A stretch of 64,000 nucleotides of DNA from assembly GCA_965261005.1 (NCBI GenBank), contig OZ253375.1:1472001-1536000 (forward strand), written 5' to 3'. This DNA comes from Deinococcus sp. Lineage in GTDB: Bacteria; Deinococcota; Deinococci; Deinococcales; Deinococcaceae. Below are positions 18,099 to 31,303 of this stretch, piece after piece; the first letter of the stretch is position 1, and each line of letters opens with the position of its first letter. Below the pieces are notes generated by a model. It did no database searches and was not told the origin of the DNA. It was given only the letters and a program-made list of their open reading frames with translations. The position numbers and the translations under genes are program-made.

Positions 18099-21013
18099 CC
18101 CGGCAAGCTGAAGCGCAAAGTGGTGCCCGCTCCCGGCGCACTGTCCAGGGTCAGGTGACCGCCGGCCAATTCCACCCGCTCGCGCAGCCCCATCAGGCCG
18201 AGGTGGCCGCGCGCCGCGAGTTCCGGCACGGCCGTGGCGTCAAACCCACGGCCGTCGTCGGCGACCGTGACCTGCACCTCAGTATCTAGAAAATGCACCC
18301 GCAGCGCGCACGAAGCCGCCCCCGCGTGCTTGTCCACGTTGGTCAGCGCCTCCTGCGCGAGGCGGAACACCGCCAGCTCGGCGTCCTGGCTCAGGCGCCG
18401 CTCGGTTCCCTGCACTTCCAGACGCGCGGGCGTGCTCGCCTGCGCCGCCAGCCACTCCAACGCGGGCAACAAGCCCAAATCGTCCAGCACGCTCGGCCGC
18501 AAATTGCGGGCGTAACGGCGCACCGACGCGATGGCGGCGTTGAGGTCCGCGCGCACTTCCTCGGCGCGGGCGCGAACCGGAGCGGGCAATTCGCGCGACA
18601 ATCGGTCCAGCCGCCGGCCCACCGCCACCAGCACCTGGGCGGTGTCGTCGTGCAACTCGCGCGACAAGCGGCGGCGCTCCTCCTCTTGGGCCTGGGTGAA
18701 CAGGGCCAAGTAGGAGCGCAACTCCAACTGCCGGGCCGAGGCCGCCTCCAACGCTTGGCCGCGCCGGGCGATCTCCTCGGCCAGGCGGCGCTGCTCGCTC
18801 AGGTCGCGCGCCACCAGCAGCACGCCGCTCACGTCACGTCCGCGCCGCACCGCGCTGAGGCGCAGCTCCAAACGGGCCGGCTCACCAGTCCCTAGTTGAC
18901 TGGGGGCCGGCATCTCCACCTCGCAGGTGACGCCGCGCGCCGGGTCGCTAAGGCAATCCTGCCACGCGCGCCCGAAGACCTCGCGCCACTCCTCGCCGAT
19001 CAGGGCGGTGAGAGGGCGCCCGGTCACGTCGCCCAGGAGCGCCAGTGTGGCCGGGTTGGCGTAGCTGACCGCGCCCCCCGCGTCGCAGGCGAGGATCAGG
19101 TCGTGGACACCCTCGGCGAGGGAGCGGTAGCGCGCCTCCTCACGCTCCAGGGCGGCCAGCAGCCGCTCTTGCCGGACGGTCAGGGCGATCTGGTCGGCGA
19201 TGGCGCGCGCCAGCTGCAACACCCGGTCGCTGGGCGCGTCCTCGCGGCCCGAGTCGGCGTAGAGCAGCCCAAAGGTCTGATCCCCCGAGCAGATCGGCAC
19301 CACCAAGGCGGAGTTGGCCCCCGCAAGCGCGCCGCGCCGGGTGAGGCGGCGCGGGCCGCGCCCCAGTTGGGCGCTCAGCCTGGCCGTCTCCCCTGCCCCG
19401 GCGCTCAGGCGGTAGACGCCCAACTCGCGCGTTTCGGTCCCACCTTCGGCAAACAGGGTGACCAAACAGCGCTCGGCGTTCATGGCCAGGGCGGCGCGCT
19501 CGGCGGCCTCGGAGAGGGCGCCCGCCTCACGCCCGCCGCCCAGCAAACGGGCGAGGTGCAGCAGCACGCCGGCCTCGCGCTCGCGGCGCACCTCCTCCTC
19601 GTACAGGCGGGCGTTCTCAATGGCGAGGGCGGCCTGGGCGGCGAAGACATCCGACAGCGAGAGGGCGCCCTCGTCGAGGTCGAGGTCCCCCGCGAAGTAC
19701 AGCGCCAAGCCGCCGAAGGTCTTGCCGCGCGCCGCCAGGGGCAAGCCCAGCACGCCACGAAAAGGGTAAGTGCCGGCCGCGAGGAGGGCGCGGGTGTAGC
19801 GCGAGCCGGCGTCTTCGCGCCCGCCGCGCACGTCGGTCACCGCCACGCGCGCCCGCCCCTCGACGGCGCGCCCCACCACGCCCACGCCCACGCGGGTGTG
19901 GGCGCGCAGCACGTACTCGCTTTCCAGCCCAAGCGCGCTGCGAATACGCAGGGTGCGGCCGTCCGCCTGCAACTCGAAGACGGCGCAGGCCTGGGCCTGA
20001 AACAAACGTTGGGCGTCTTCGAGCAGCTTTTCCAGGGTGTCCGCCAGGCGCAGGCTGCCCGCCAGCGAGAGGGCCACCTCGCGCAAGGTCTCGGCGGCGC
20101 GGCGTTTGCGCGATTCCTCCTCGTACAGGCGGGCGTTGTCAATGGCGAGGGCGGCCTGCTCGGCCAGGGCCAGGGTCAGCCACACCTCGTCCTCGCCGAG
20201 GGGGACGCCGCGCTCCCGGGTGTCCACGTACAACACGCCGAGGGGCCGGCCGCGCGCCGCGAGGGGCACGATCAGACAGCGCTCGGGCGCGAGGTCGGCG
20301 AGGCCCGCCGCCAGCGGCGAGGCGTGGTCGCGCGAGCGGTCGAACAGAATCGGCTCGCCGCGCCCGACCAGGCGCGCGAACGAGTGCGGGCCAATCTGGA
20401 TGCCCGCCAGCGAGGCCGACGCGAAGCCGTAGGCGAACACCTCGCCGGTCTGGGCGGTCGTGCCGCTCACCTCGCGGTACAGCCCCACAAAGGCGCGCTC
20501 GAAGCCGAGCGCCCGCGCCGCCGACTCGGCGGTGGCGGTCAGCACCTCGCCGAGGTCGAGCGAGCCGCCGAGTCGCCGCACCAAGTTCTCCACCACCTCG
20601 GCGGTGCGCCCCCGGCCGCGCCGCGCCTCGCGCGCCAGAACGCCTTCCAGGGCCAGGCCCAGCACCGGCAGCCACTCCGTCAACCCATCCAGGGCCTCCT
20701 CGTCGGCCCCAAACAGCTCCAACACCGCCCCCCCTAGCGGCAGGACGCAGACGGCCCCCTCGAACAGCGGCTCGCCCCCCGCCAGCGCGCGCCCCGCCAG
20801 GCCGTTCCCCTCCAGCAGCGCCAAGCCGCGCCCCGCCTCGGCCAGCACGCGCGCCCCGCCCTCGCCGAACAGCCGCAGCCTGGCCGCGTGCGCGCGCCCG
20901 AGGTCGAGCGCGCGCTGGCACAGGCAGGCGCCGAACGCCGTCCCGGTCGCACAGGCGGCCAGCTCGCGCGTCCAGGTGGCGAGGACCGCACCCTCCACTA
21001 CTCGGCCCTGCAC
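18095..21013 (-). CDS. Multi-GAF/PAS sensor histidine kinase (HisKA_3, NarX type)
   Basis: Repeated QAALAI(D/E)NARLY GAF ends, [38 protein letters not shown]. Confidence 0.9.
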   Translation of the reverse strand: MQGRVVEGAVLATWTRELAACATGTAFGACLCQRALDLGRAHAARLRLFGEGGARVLAEAGRGLALLEGNGLAGRALAGGEPLFEGAVCVLPLGGAVLELFGADEEALDGLTEWLPVLGLALEGVLAREARRGRGRTAEVVENLVRRLGGSLDLGEVLTATAESAARALGFERAFVGLYREVSGTTAQTGEVFAYGFASASLAGIQIGPHSFARLVGRGEPILFDRSRDHASPLAAGLADLAPERCLIVPLAARGRPLGVLYVDTRERGVPLGEDEVWLTLALAEQAALAIDNARLYEEESRKRRAAETLREVALSLAGSLRLADTLEKLLEDAQRLFQAQACAVFELQADGRTLRIRSALGLESEYVLRAHTRVGVGVVGRAVEGRARVAVTDVRGGREDAGSRYTRALLAAGTYPFRGVLGLPLAARGKTFGGLALYFAGDLDLDEGALSLSDVFAAQAALAIENARLYEEEVRREREAGVLLHLARLLGGGREAGALSEAAERAALAMNAERCLVTLFAEGGTETRELGVYRLSAGAGETARLSAQLGRGPRRLTRRGALAGANSALVVPICSGDQTFGLLYADSGREDAPSDRVLQLARAIADQIALTVRQERLLAALEREEARYRSLAEGVHDLILACDAGGAVSYANPATLALLGDVTGRPLTALIGEEWREVFGRAWQDCLSDPARGVTCEVEMPAPSQLGTGEPARLELRLSAVRRGRDVSGVLLVARDLSEQRRLAEEIARRGQALEAASARQLELRSYLALFTQAQEEERRRLSRELHDDTAQVLVAVGRRLDRLSRELPAPVRARAEEVRADLNAAIASVRRYARNLRPSVLDDLGLLPALEWLAAQASTPARLEVQGTERRLSQDAELAVFRLAQEALTNVDKHAGAASCALRVHFLDTEVQVTVADDGRGFDATAVPELAARGHLGLMGLRERVELAGGHLTLDSAPGAGTTLRFSLPG

Positions 21014-21026
21014 GACTCGACCCCAG

Positions 21027-21695
<669 letters not shown>

Positions 21696-21767
21696 GGGAA
21701 CAGTGTAGTGCGCCTCAGGCTGGGTGCGCCCCGGCCCGCGCAACCCTTCCCAAAACCAGTTCTTGGC

Positions 21768-22376
21768 TCAGCGCCGCCGGGCGCCGCTTTTCACGGTGCG
21801 CTCGGAACTCATCCGGCCACCGCCCGTCCCCTCGTCGAGGTCGAGAGCGCCGGCCGCGTGCAGCAGCCGCGTGGCCTCGTCAGCCATGGTCTGTTCCTGA
21901 TCGCGGGCGATCACCATCACCTTGCCGTCCTTGAGCGCGTTGTAGTAGCCCAGCGCCACCCGCTCGGGCACGCCCATGCGCCGCAGCAAGGTCACGTAGT
22001 CGCCGTGGTCACCCCCCGACAGCGCCCCAAAGGCCGCGCCCAGCCCCAAGCCGCTCAGGGCGCCGAACATCACGCCGTACAGCCCGCCGATTTGCAGCGG
22101 CCGGGTGTCGGGAATCAGGATCAGCAGCAGCCAGGTGGGCAGCGCGAGGCCCACGCCGGCCAGAAAGCCGACGCCGGCCCCACGAAAGATGGCGCTGCTG
22201 CCGGCCGGGGCGCCGTCCTCGTGCGAGATGCCGGTCTCGGCGGCCAGCTCTTCCTGGGCGATCACGTCCAGCAGCGAAAAGCCGAGGTGGTCGCGGGCAA
22301 AGCCACTCTCCATCAAGCGCGCGAGCGCCGACTTGGCCTGAGCAGGCTCCTCAAACAGGGCAACGACGGTTTCCAT
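21768..22376 (-). CDS. General-stress-like membrane protein
   Basis: TVVALF, central Gly-rich TM hairpin, MGVP...A..Y...L..G pattern. Confidence 0.65.
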   Translation of the reverse strand: METVVALFEEPAQAKSALARLMESGFARDHLGFSLLDVIAQEELAAETGISHEDGAPAGSSAIFRGAGVGFLAGVGLALPTWLLLILIPDTRPLQIGGLYGVMFGALSGLGLGAAFGALSGGDHGDYVTLLRRMGVPERVALGYYNALKDGKVMVIARDQEQTMADEATRLLHAAGALDLDEGTGGGRMSSERTVKSGARRR

Positions 22377-22450
22377 CAGGAGTGTTGTAGCACGCCGCGC
22401 GCCGCGCGTGAACAGGACAAATATAACGGCCGTTCATCAGGAGGCCAGAT

Positions 22451-22477
22451 AAAAACGGCCCCGCCGAAGCGGGGCCG
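22451..22477 (-). terminator. Intrinsic terminator
   Basis: CGGCCCCGC/GCGGGGCCG stem with an A-run on the left. Confidence 0.75.
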
Positions 22478-22500
22478 CAAGAACACTTAACCTCGCAAAC

Positions 22501-23019
22501 TTACTTTCGCAAGTCCACGGTCTTGTGCTCGCCGACGTTGCCCGCCGGCTTGCCGGTCAGGGCCGCCTTGGCCATGCCGAACAGCGCCACCATCTTGCCG
22601 CTGGGCGAGTCCCAATACTCGGCGCTCTCGGCGTCCACCCGGATCAGGGTGAGCTGCGGGTCGTCGAGGCCGTCCGGGAACCAAGCCTTGAGGGTGGGGT
22701 TCCACAGCTCCCTTTTCTTGGCCTCATCGTCCACCTGGCTCGCCCGGCCAGCCAGCGATACGTAGACTTGGTCGCCCGGGTCGCTGTAGGCCACGTTGAC
22801 GTTGGGGTTCCCTTGAAACTCGTCTATCTTCTCGGTCGAGCGCTCGGTAAAGAACCAGGCCGTGCCGTCGAACTCGACTTGCTGGGTCGCCATCGGGCGG
22901 GCGTGCAGCTGTCCCGTCTCGTCGGCGGTGGTGAACATGGCGATGCGGACGCCCTTGATCAGGTCCGCGATCTTCTTGGACGCGTCTTCCTTTGACATGT
23001 GCTCATGTGTGGTTGCCAT
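22501..23019 (-). CDS. Pyridoxamine 5'-phosphate oxidase-like general stress protein 26
   Basis: LHARPM, AWFFT, YVSLAG, KAWFPDGLDDP, AEYWDS. Confidence 0.88.
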   Translation of the reverse strand: MATTHEHMSKEDASKKIADLIKGVRIAMFTTADETGQLHARPMATQQVEFDGTAWFFTERSTEKIDEFQGNPNVNVAYSDPGDQVYVSLAGRASQVDDEAKKRELWNPTLKAWFPDGLDDPQLTLIRVDAESAEYWDSPSGKMVALFGMAKAALTGKPAGNVGEHKTVDLRK

Positions 23020-23127
23020 GTGGTAAGTCTGGCGTAGATAAAGCCGGCGTTTTGCGGGACGCGGCACCGTTTGAAGAAAGCCTCAAAGGCCGTCACACCC
23101 AAATGGTCTGGATGTTCGGCCGGGTTT

Positions 23128-25167
23128 TCACTCCCCCTGACCGGCCGCGACCCCCCCGCTCGGCGCTCCCACTTGCCAAGCCGTGCCGCGCAGCTGGGCG
23201 AACTCGGCGCCGGCGAACACGCGGGCGGCGGCCTCCACCACCCGCGGATCGAAGTGGGCGCCGGCCTGCCTGTGCAGCTCGGCCAGCGCCTCCCCCGCCG
23301 ACCAAGCCGCCTTGTACGGCCGCGCCTGCGTCAGGGCGTCGAACACGTCGGCCACCGCCACGATGCGGCCTGAAAGTGGGATGGTCTCGCCGACCAAGCG
23401 CTTCGGATAGCCGCCGCCGTCCCAGCGCTCGTGGTGGCTAAGGGCAATCTCCTCGGCGGCGCGCAGCAAGCGCGTTTGCCCGCCCGACAGCATGCGCGCC
23501 CCCAGCGCGGCGTGGGTCTGCATGTGCGCGTACTCTTCGGGTGTGAACTTACCGGGCTTGAGCAGAACGGCGTCGGGAATGCCAATCTTGCCCACATCGT
23601 GCAGCCGCGCCGCCACCCGGATCACCTCGACCTCCTCTTCCGGCAAGCCGAGTTCACACGCGATCAGGGCCGACACCTGCCCGACCCGCCAAGTGTGCTC
23701 TCCCGTCGTGTCGTCGCGGTACTCGGCGGCGACCGCCAGGCGCGTCACCACCTCCAGCTGCGAGCGCTCCAGCTCCTCGGTGCGCTCGCGCACCTGCGCC
23801 TCGGCCTGCTCGCGCGCCACGTCCGCCGCCTCGCGCCACAGCTTTTGCACCTCCGCCTCGTGTCTGGCGCGCTCCACGTCGAACTGCGCGCTCAGCTCGC
23901 GGGTTTTCTTGTCACCCTCCTCGTTGAAGAGGCCTTTTTCCTGCTGATGGTACTGCTCGTGGTGCGCCAGGGCCTGCCCGAAGTCGCCCGCGCGCTTGTG
24001 GGCTTGCGACAGCGCCAAGTGCGCCTCGGACACCGCCTTTTTATGGTCGGCCTTTTCGGCCAGCTGAAGGGCGCGTTCCAAAGAAGCCAGGGCGGCGGCT
24101 TGCTCGCCCAGCTGGGCTTGCACTTGCCCTAAGTGCAGCAGGGCGTCCAATTCCCCCTCCAAATCCTCAATTTCTTGGGCGATCTGCACGGCCTCGGCGT
24201 GCGCCTTGGCCGCCCCTTTTAATTGACCGCGCCGGGCCAGAATGTCGCCCAAGCCGTCCAGAGCGGACAGTTCACCTTGGCGGTACTGAATCTCGCGGGA
24301 AAGGGCGAGGGCGGAGCGGAAGGCGAGTTCAGCTTTTTGATCGTTTTCAGCCCTTGCATATGCAACGCCTATATTCAAAGTTGCCATCGCTTCCGTAAGT
24401 CGGTCTTGCCGTTCTACAGATATTTGAAGAGCCTCTTCTAGATATAAAATGGCGTTTTTTGAATCTTTCATTTCTAAATATAGGTGTCCAAGATTTATAA
24501 TTACGAATCCTTTAATTCTTTTATCATCTATACGCTCTTTGACTATGTCGTAGGATTTTTTAAAATACCCTAAGGCTATATGATAGTTACCAAGACTTGT
24601 ATTAAGTATTCCAACATTACAAAGCAATTTCGCTTCTTCTTCCTCGTTTTCCAGCTCTCTGTGTATTGAAATTGCGTCTTCCAGGTTTTCGAGGGCTAAA
24701 GAGTATCTCCCGTTACGATGGTTGACCCCTGCCAAAAGATTTAAAACGCGTGCTTCATAAATCAGAAATTGGTTTTCTCTGGACAACTTCAGGGCATCTT
24801 CAAGGTAACTTTCAGCGAGGGGCGCCTCCCCCATTTCAAGGTGAAGTCTACCTAAACTTTCTAAAGTTCCGCATAATTTTTCTAGGTCTTGTGAAGTTTT
24901 AAACTGTCTCAGGGCTACTTGCAGACGGGGCAGGGCGTTTTCGGAATCGCCTCTTGCTATATACACTTGGCCTTGAGTAAGCGAAGCGCACGCTTCACCG
25001 AAAATGTACCCTTCTTCCTGAGCGAGACGAGCGGCCAGCTCTGAAAGCTCAAGCGCCCGCACACCGTCCGTCTTGAACAGCGTGGCCGCAAGCTCGTTCA
25101 ACGAGTTCACGCGCGCCCGAACGTCGGCACCTTGTTTCGGCTCTTCTCGCATTTCCAACCCAGCCAT
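23128..25167 (-). CDS. TPR-repeat protein with C-terminal HD-GYP phosphodiesterase domain
   Basis: Multiple TPR-like helices; [31 protein letters not shown]. Confidence 0.92.
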   Translation of the reverse strand: MAGLEMREEPKQGADVRARVNSLNELAATLFKTDGVRALELSELAARLAQEEGYIFGEACASLTQGQVYIARGDSENALPRLQVALRQFKTSQDLEKLCGTLESLGRLHLEMGEAPLAESYLEDALKLSRENQFLIYEARVLNLLAGVNHRNGRYSLALENLEDAISIHRELENEEEEAKLLCNVGILNTSLGNYHIALGYFKKSYDIVKERIDDKRIKGFVIINLGHLYLEMKDSKNAILYLEEALQISVERQDRLTEAMATLNIGVAYARAENDQKAELAFRSALALSREIQYRQGELSALDGLGDILARRGQLKGAAKAHAEAVQIAQEIEDLEGELDALLHLGQVQAQLGEQAAALASLERALQLAEKADHKKAVSEAHLALSQAHKRAGDFGQALAHHEQYHQQEKGLFNEEGDKKTRELSAQFDVERARHEAEVQKLWREAADVAREQAEAQVRERTEELERSQLEVVTRLAVAAEYRDDTTGEHTWRVGQVSALIACELGLPEEEVEVIRVAARLHDVGKIGIPDAVLLKPGKFTPEEYAHMQTHAALGARMLSGGQTRLLRAAEEIALSHHERWDGGGYPKRLVGETIPLSGRIVAVADVFDALTQARPYKAAWSAGEALAELHRQAGAHFDPRVVEAAARVFAGAEFAQLRGTAWQVGAPSGGVAAGQGE

Positions 25168-25282
25168 GTCGCCAGTGTTCGCCTCTACGTCTTTCTAATT
25201 CCTTACAAAAGGGCGACCGAGAAATCTCGGCCACCCTTTGAGCAAAAGTTTGTATGGGTTTGGCAAGGCTGTGCATCATACT

Positions 25283-25315
25283 GAAGGAGTTCGTGCATCG
25301 CGCACGAACTCCTTC
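25283..25315. promoter_or_regulatory. Perfect 14-bp inverted repeat (terminator or operator)
   Basis: GAAGGAGTTCGTGC-N5-GCACGAACTCCTTC; a minus-strand TATGAT follows at 25280-25275. Confidence 0.5.
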
Positions 25316-25397
25316 GATTCCGTACTTATACGGGTTTCGCTTTGCTTCTCAACATCGGGAACAGCGCCCGCTGTTGCTTCACGCCGCGGAATTCGTA

Positions 25398-26738
25398 TTA
25401 CTTGGGCGCGGGTAGGCCCAGGCTGGCGTTCAAAAAGGTCTTCAGGTCCAAACGACCTTTGCCCAGCAGACCGGTGTAGGCGCTGTTCAGGGCGTAGATG
25501 TTGGTTCCGTTGTCGGTCATCTTGCGGGTCAGGTCTGGCGGCGTGGCCGTCAGCTGACCTTCGGCCAGCGCCAAGCCGCCCGTCACAATAGGGGCCGACA
25601 TCGAGGTGCCGCTCCAAGCGACCAGCAGGTTGTCGGGGCCGGCGGTGAAGATGCTTTCGCCGGGCGCGACAAGTTCAAGTTCGTTGGAGTAGTTGGAAAA
25701 GCTCGACTTGCGGTCTTGCAAGTCCACGCTGCCCACGCTGATGCTGTTGTCGCCCAGCGCGCCCTTGTTGGTCGCAATGGACGCGGGAAAGGTGATGCTG
25801 TTGAGGTTGTCGTTGCCCGCCGACGCCACCACCAGGACGCCGGCGTTGGTGGCGTTGGTGATTTCACGCTGAACGATCTCGGACTTGTTCTTGCTGCCCA
25901 AGCTGAGGTTGATGATCTTGGCACCCTTGGACACGGCGTACTTGATGGCCTGGGCGATCATCAGCGTGTCGCCGGAGCCGTCCGGACCCAACACGCGCAA
26001 CGGCAGGATGGTGGCGCCAGGAGCGACTTGTAGCACAATGCTGGCGACGGCGGTACCGTGCCCGTAGCCGCCCACGCCCAGCGTGCCCTCGTCCTGCGGC
26101 ACGGCGTCGTTGCCGTAGAAGTCCCTCCACTCGGAGGCCGGAGCCAAGGCGCCCTCAAAGGCGGGGTGGCTCAAGTCGAGGCCGGTGTCAATGACGGCGA
26201 TTTTCACGCCCGTGCCGAGGTTCGGGGCCAGCGTTTGGGCAGCCTCCAAATTGATCTGCTTGAAGGAGTCGGTGTTTTGGACGACGGGCAAGTACTCACC
26301 GCTGGCCCAAGCGGTACGGGAGCCGCTGGCCCAAGCGGTGCGGGAGCCGCTGGCCCAAGCGGTGCGGGAGCCGCTGGCCCAAGCGGTACGGGAGCCGCTC
26401 ATGGTCGCCAACGCGCCGCCCGTGAACTGGTCGAGGTTTGGCTCGGGCATCGGCTCGTCGCCCAGCGCCAGGGCGCTCACATGGCTCGCCTTGTACTGCT
26501 GCGCCTCGGCGGCGCTCAGTCCCACGATCTGGTAACCGCTCGCCTGGTCGGCACTGAGGACCCGGCCCACGGAGGGCGCCAAGCTGGCCGCCTGAACGCC
26601 CGACTTCAGCGACACGCTCATAATGTATGCGGGACGGTCAGCTTGAGTTGCCTGCGGGGCAGCCTGTTGCCCGCAGGCGAACAACAACAAAGACGCGCTG
26701 AGTGACGCGCCCACTCGAAGAATATTTTTGCTGGTCAC
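25398..26738 (-). CDS. S8 (subtilisin-like) serine peptidase, lipoprotein
   Basis: Lipobox LLFAC; catalytic motifs IDTG, HGT, ASAGN, GTSMS; GGAG RBS. Confidence 0.92.
   Translation of the reverse strand: MTSKNILRVGASLSASLLLFACGQQAAPQATQADRPAYIMSVSLKSGVQAASLAPSVGRVLSADQASGYQIVGLSAAEAQQYKASHVSALALGDEPMPEPNLDQFTGGALATMSGSRTAWASGSRTAWASGSRTAWASGSRTAWASGEYLPVVQNTDSFKQINLEAAQTLAPNLGTGVKIAVIDTGLDLSHPAFEGALAPASEWRDFYGNDAVPQDEGTLGVGGYGHGTAVASIVLQVAPGATILPLRVLGPDGSGDTLMIAQAIKYAVSKGAKIINLSLGSKNKSEIVQREITNATNAGVLVVASAGNDNLNSITFPASIATNKGALGDNSISVGSVDLQDRKSSFSNYSNELELVAPGESIFTAGPDNLLVAWSGTSMSAPIVTGGLALAEGQLTATPPDLTRKMTDNGTNIYALNSAYTGLLGKGRLDLKTFLNASLGLPAPK
26299..26399 (-). repeat. 4 x 24-bp tandem repeat encoding (SGSRTAWA)4
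   Basis: CCGCTGGCCCAAGCGGT(A/G)CGGGAG units start at 26299, 26323, 26347 and 26371. Confidence 0.95.
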
Positions 26739-27068
26739 ACTTCATCTCCTTTGGCTTGTCTGCGACTGGCTGGAATTTGGCCCCTGCCGGCACCGACGAC
26801 CTTTCTCATAATGAGAAGACTGTTCTTACAAAACTCTTACATGAATGGGGTTGAGTTTCCAGAGCGTTCGGTGATACGACGCTGACGAGTTGGCCGCCTT
26901 TTCCTTGCCACCGTTTAAACGTCGCTCAAAAAGTTAACCCCAACACAAAGTGGCTGCAAATAAAGAAAGCTCGCGCTTCGGATGTGTAAAATGTCATAGT
27001 TTCGGTTGCGAAACCGGGCGAGATGGTGCCATCCGGCATCCCACCGAGCCTGCCCCGAAGGAGTCTTC

Positions 27069-28565
27069 ATGAAACCGTCCGACTTATCCTTCCGAGCTTC
27101 TACACTTTTTGCCTTGCCGCTGACGCTGGCCGCATGTGGAACGCAGGTTTCCCATACGCCCACCCAAGCTGCTGGCGGCACCCTGACAGCGCAGGCCATC
27201 ACCACAGGGGCGGTGTATAGACTGCGCAGTGGGTGCAGTGACAACGTGCTCGACGTGGCCTACGCCAGCACGGCGAACGGGGCCAAGGCCCAGATTTGGA
27301 GCGGCGGCGGCGGCGGCCAGCAACAGTGGCGCATTGATTCCCTCGCCGGCGGCTACTTCAAGCTCACCGCCATGCACAGCGGCAAGCTGCTCGAAGTGGC
27401 CAGCTCGGGCACGTCGGACGGTACCCAAGTCCAGCAGTGGCCGACCAACGGCACCAATGCCCAGCAGTGGAAGATCACCGACCTTGGCAACGGATACGCC
27501 AAGCTCAATCCGCGCGTCGCGCCGGACAAGGCGCTGGACGTGAACGGCGCGAGCACCACCAAAAGCGCCAAGGTTCAAATCTGGACTGACAACGGGACCT
27601 GCGCGCAGCAGTGGCAGTTGTTGCCCGTAAACGGCACGGGCAGCGGCACGGGTGGCGGCGTGGTCAGCGCGGGGAACCCGTTTGCGGGGGCGGCGTTTCA
27701 GCCGGTCGGGCCGGACAGCAACGCGGGGCGGGCGGCGGCAAAGTACCGCGACAGCGATCCGGCGCGCGCCGCCGAATTTGACAAGATCGCTTCCCAGCCG
27801 TCCGCCGACTGGTTCGGCGACTGGACGCCGGACGTGCGCGCCGCCGTAGACGCGCGCACCACACAGCTGAGAAGTGCGGGCAAGCTGCCGGTATACGTGC
27901 TCTACAATATCCCCAACCGGGACAACGGCAATTATTCGGCGGGCGGGGCGCCAAACGCGGCGTCCTACCGCACCTGGATTGCCCAGGTCGCGGCCGGGCT
28001 GAACGGTCGCCTCGCCGCCGTGATCCTGGAGCCAGACGCGGTGCCCATGCTTACCAACCTGAGCACGACCCAGCGTACCGAGCGCGCGGCCCTGCTGCGT
28101 GACGCCATCACCCAACTGAGTGCTGCCGGCGCGCGTGTCTATCTCGACGGTGGAAACGCCAATTGGCACCCGGCGGCCACAACCGCCGCGCTGCTGAGCG
28201 AGGCCGGAATCGCCGGCGCACGCGGCTTTTCGCTGAACGTGTCCGGCTTCGAAACCACGGCGAGTTCCACAAGCTACGGCGCGGACGTGTCCGCCCGGCT
28301 GGGCAGCAAAAGCTTCGTGATCGACACCAGTCGCAACGGCAACGGCCGCTACAACGCGCCGGGCGACACTGAAACGTGGTGCAACCCGCCGGGCCGGGCG
28401 CTCGGTCTCAATCCCAAGGGCGCGCCCAATTCGGCCGTCCCCACCTTGGACGCCTATTACTGGATCAAGACGCCCGGCGATTCCGACGGCAGCTGCCGGG
28501 GCTTTCCGGCTGCCGGCACCTGGGTGGAAAGCTACGCCTACGCGCTGGCGCACAACCGGCCCTGA
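27069..28565 (+). CDS. Lipoprotein with RICIN/CBM13 domain and glycoside hydrolase family 6 (cellulase-type) domain
   Basis: LAAC lipobox; QQW repeats; YNIPNRD, ILEPDA, YLDGGN, IDTSRNG, WCNP, WIKTPGDSDG. Confidence 0.88.
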   Translation: MKPSDLSFRASTLFALPLTLAACGTQVSHTPTQAAGGTLTAQAITTGAVYRLRSGCSDNVLDVAYASTANGAKAQIWSGGGGGQQQWRIDSLAGGYFKLTAMHSGKLLEVASSGTSDGTQVQQWPTNGTNAQQWKITDLGNGYAKLNPRVAPDKALDVNGASTTKSAKVQIWTDNGTCAQQWQLLPVNGTGSGTGGGVVSAGNPFAGAAFQPVGPDSNAGRAAAKYRDSDPARAAEFDKIASQPSADWFGDWTPDVRAAVDARTTQLRSAGKLPVYVLYNIPNRDNGNYSAGGAPNAASYRTWIAQVAAGLNGRLAAVILEPDAVPMLTNLSTTQRTERAALLRDAITQLSAAGARVYLDGGNANWHPAATTAALLSEAGIAGARGFSLNVSGFETTASSTSYGADVSARLGSKSFVIDTSRNGNGRYNAPGDTETWCNPPGRALGLNPKGAPNSAVPTLDAYYWIKTPGDSDGSCRGFPAAGTWVESYAYALAHNRP

Positions 28566-28571
28566 GCGAAA

Positions 28572-28605
28572 AAGGGAGAGCGCCCCCCCGGGGGCGCTCT
28601 CCCTT
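28572..28605. terminator. Hairpin between convergent GH6 gene and clpB
   Basis: 15-bp stem AAGGGAGAGCGCCCC/GGGGCGCTCTCCCTT. Confidence 0.8.
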
Positions 28606-28619
28606 GGAACATTCTCGCA

Positions 28620-31178
<2,559 letters not shown>

Positions 31179-31267
31179 GGTCAATCCTCCTGAAGTCAAA
31201 AGTGATGTTGGCGAAACCGCGCCCTAACCCGGCACAGCCCGCCCCAAAAGTGACCTCAGTCTACTAA

Positions 31268-31288
31268 CTTGAGTGCCCTTGTGTCAAG
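31268..31288. promoter_or_regulatory. HAIR (HspR operator) overlapping the clpB promoter
   Basis: CTTGAGT-N7-TGTCAAG; minus-strand TTGACA-N18-TAGACT. Confidence 0.8.
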
Positions 31289-31303
31289 TTTATTGATGAT
31301 GTC

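Noticed and set aside
18896..20737. Long antisense ORFs (also 44303-46279, 41866-43494, 35220-36644, 62234-63787)
   Set aside because: Shadow frames of GC-rich genes with no recognisable motifs.
26299..26399. CRISPR array
   Set aside because: Repeats are contiguous with no spacers, lie in frame in a CDS, and no cas genes are present.
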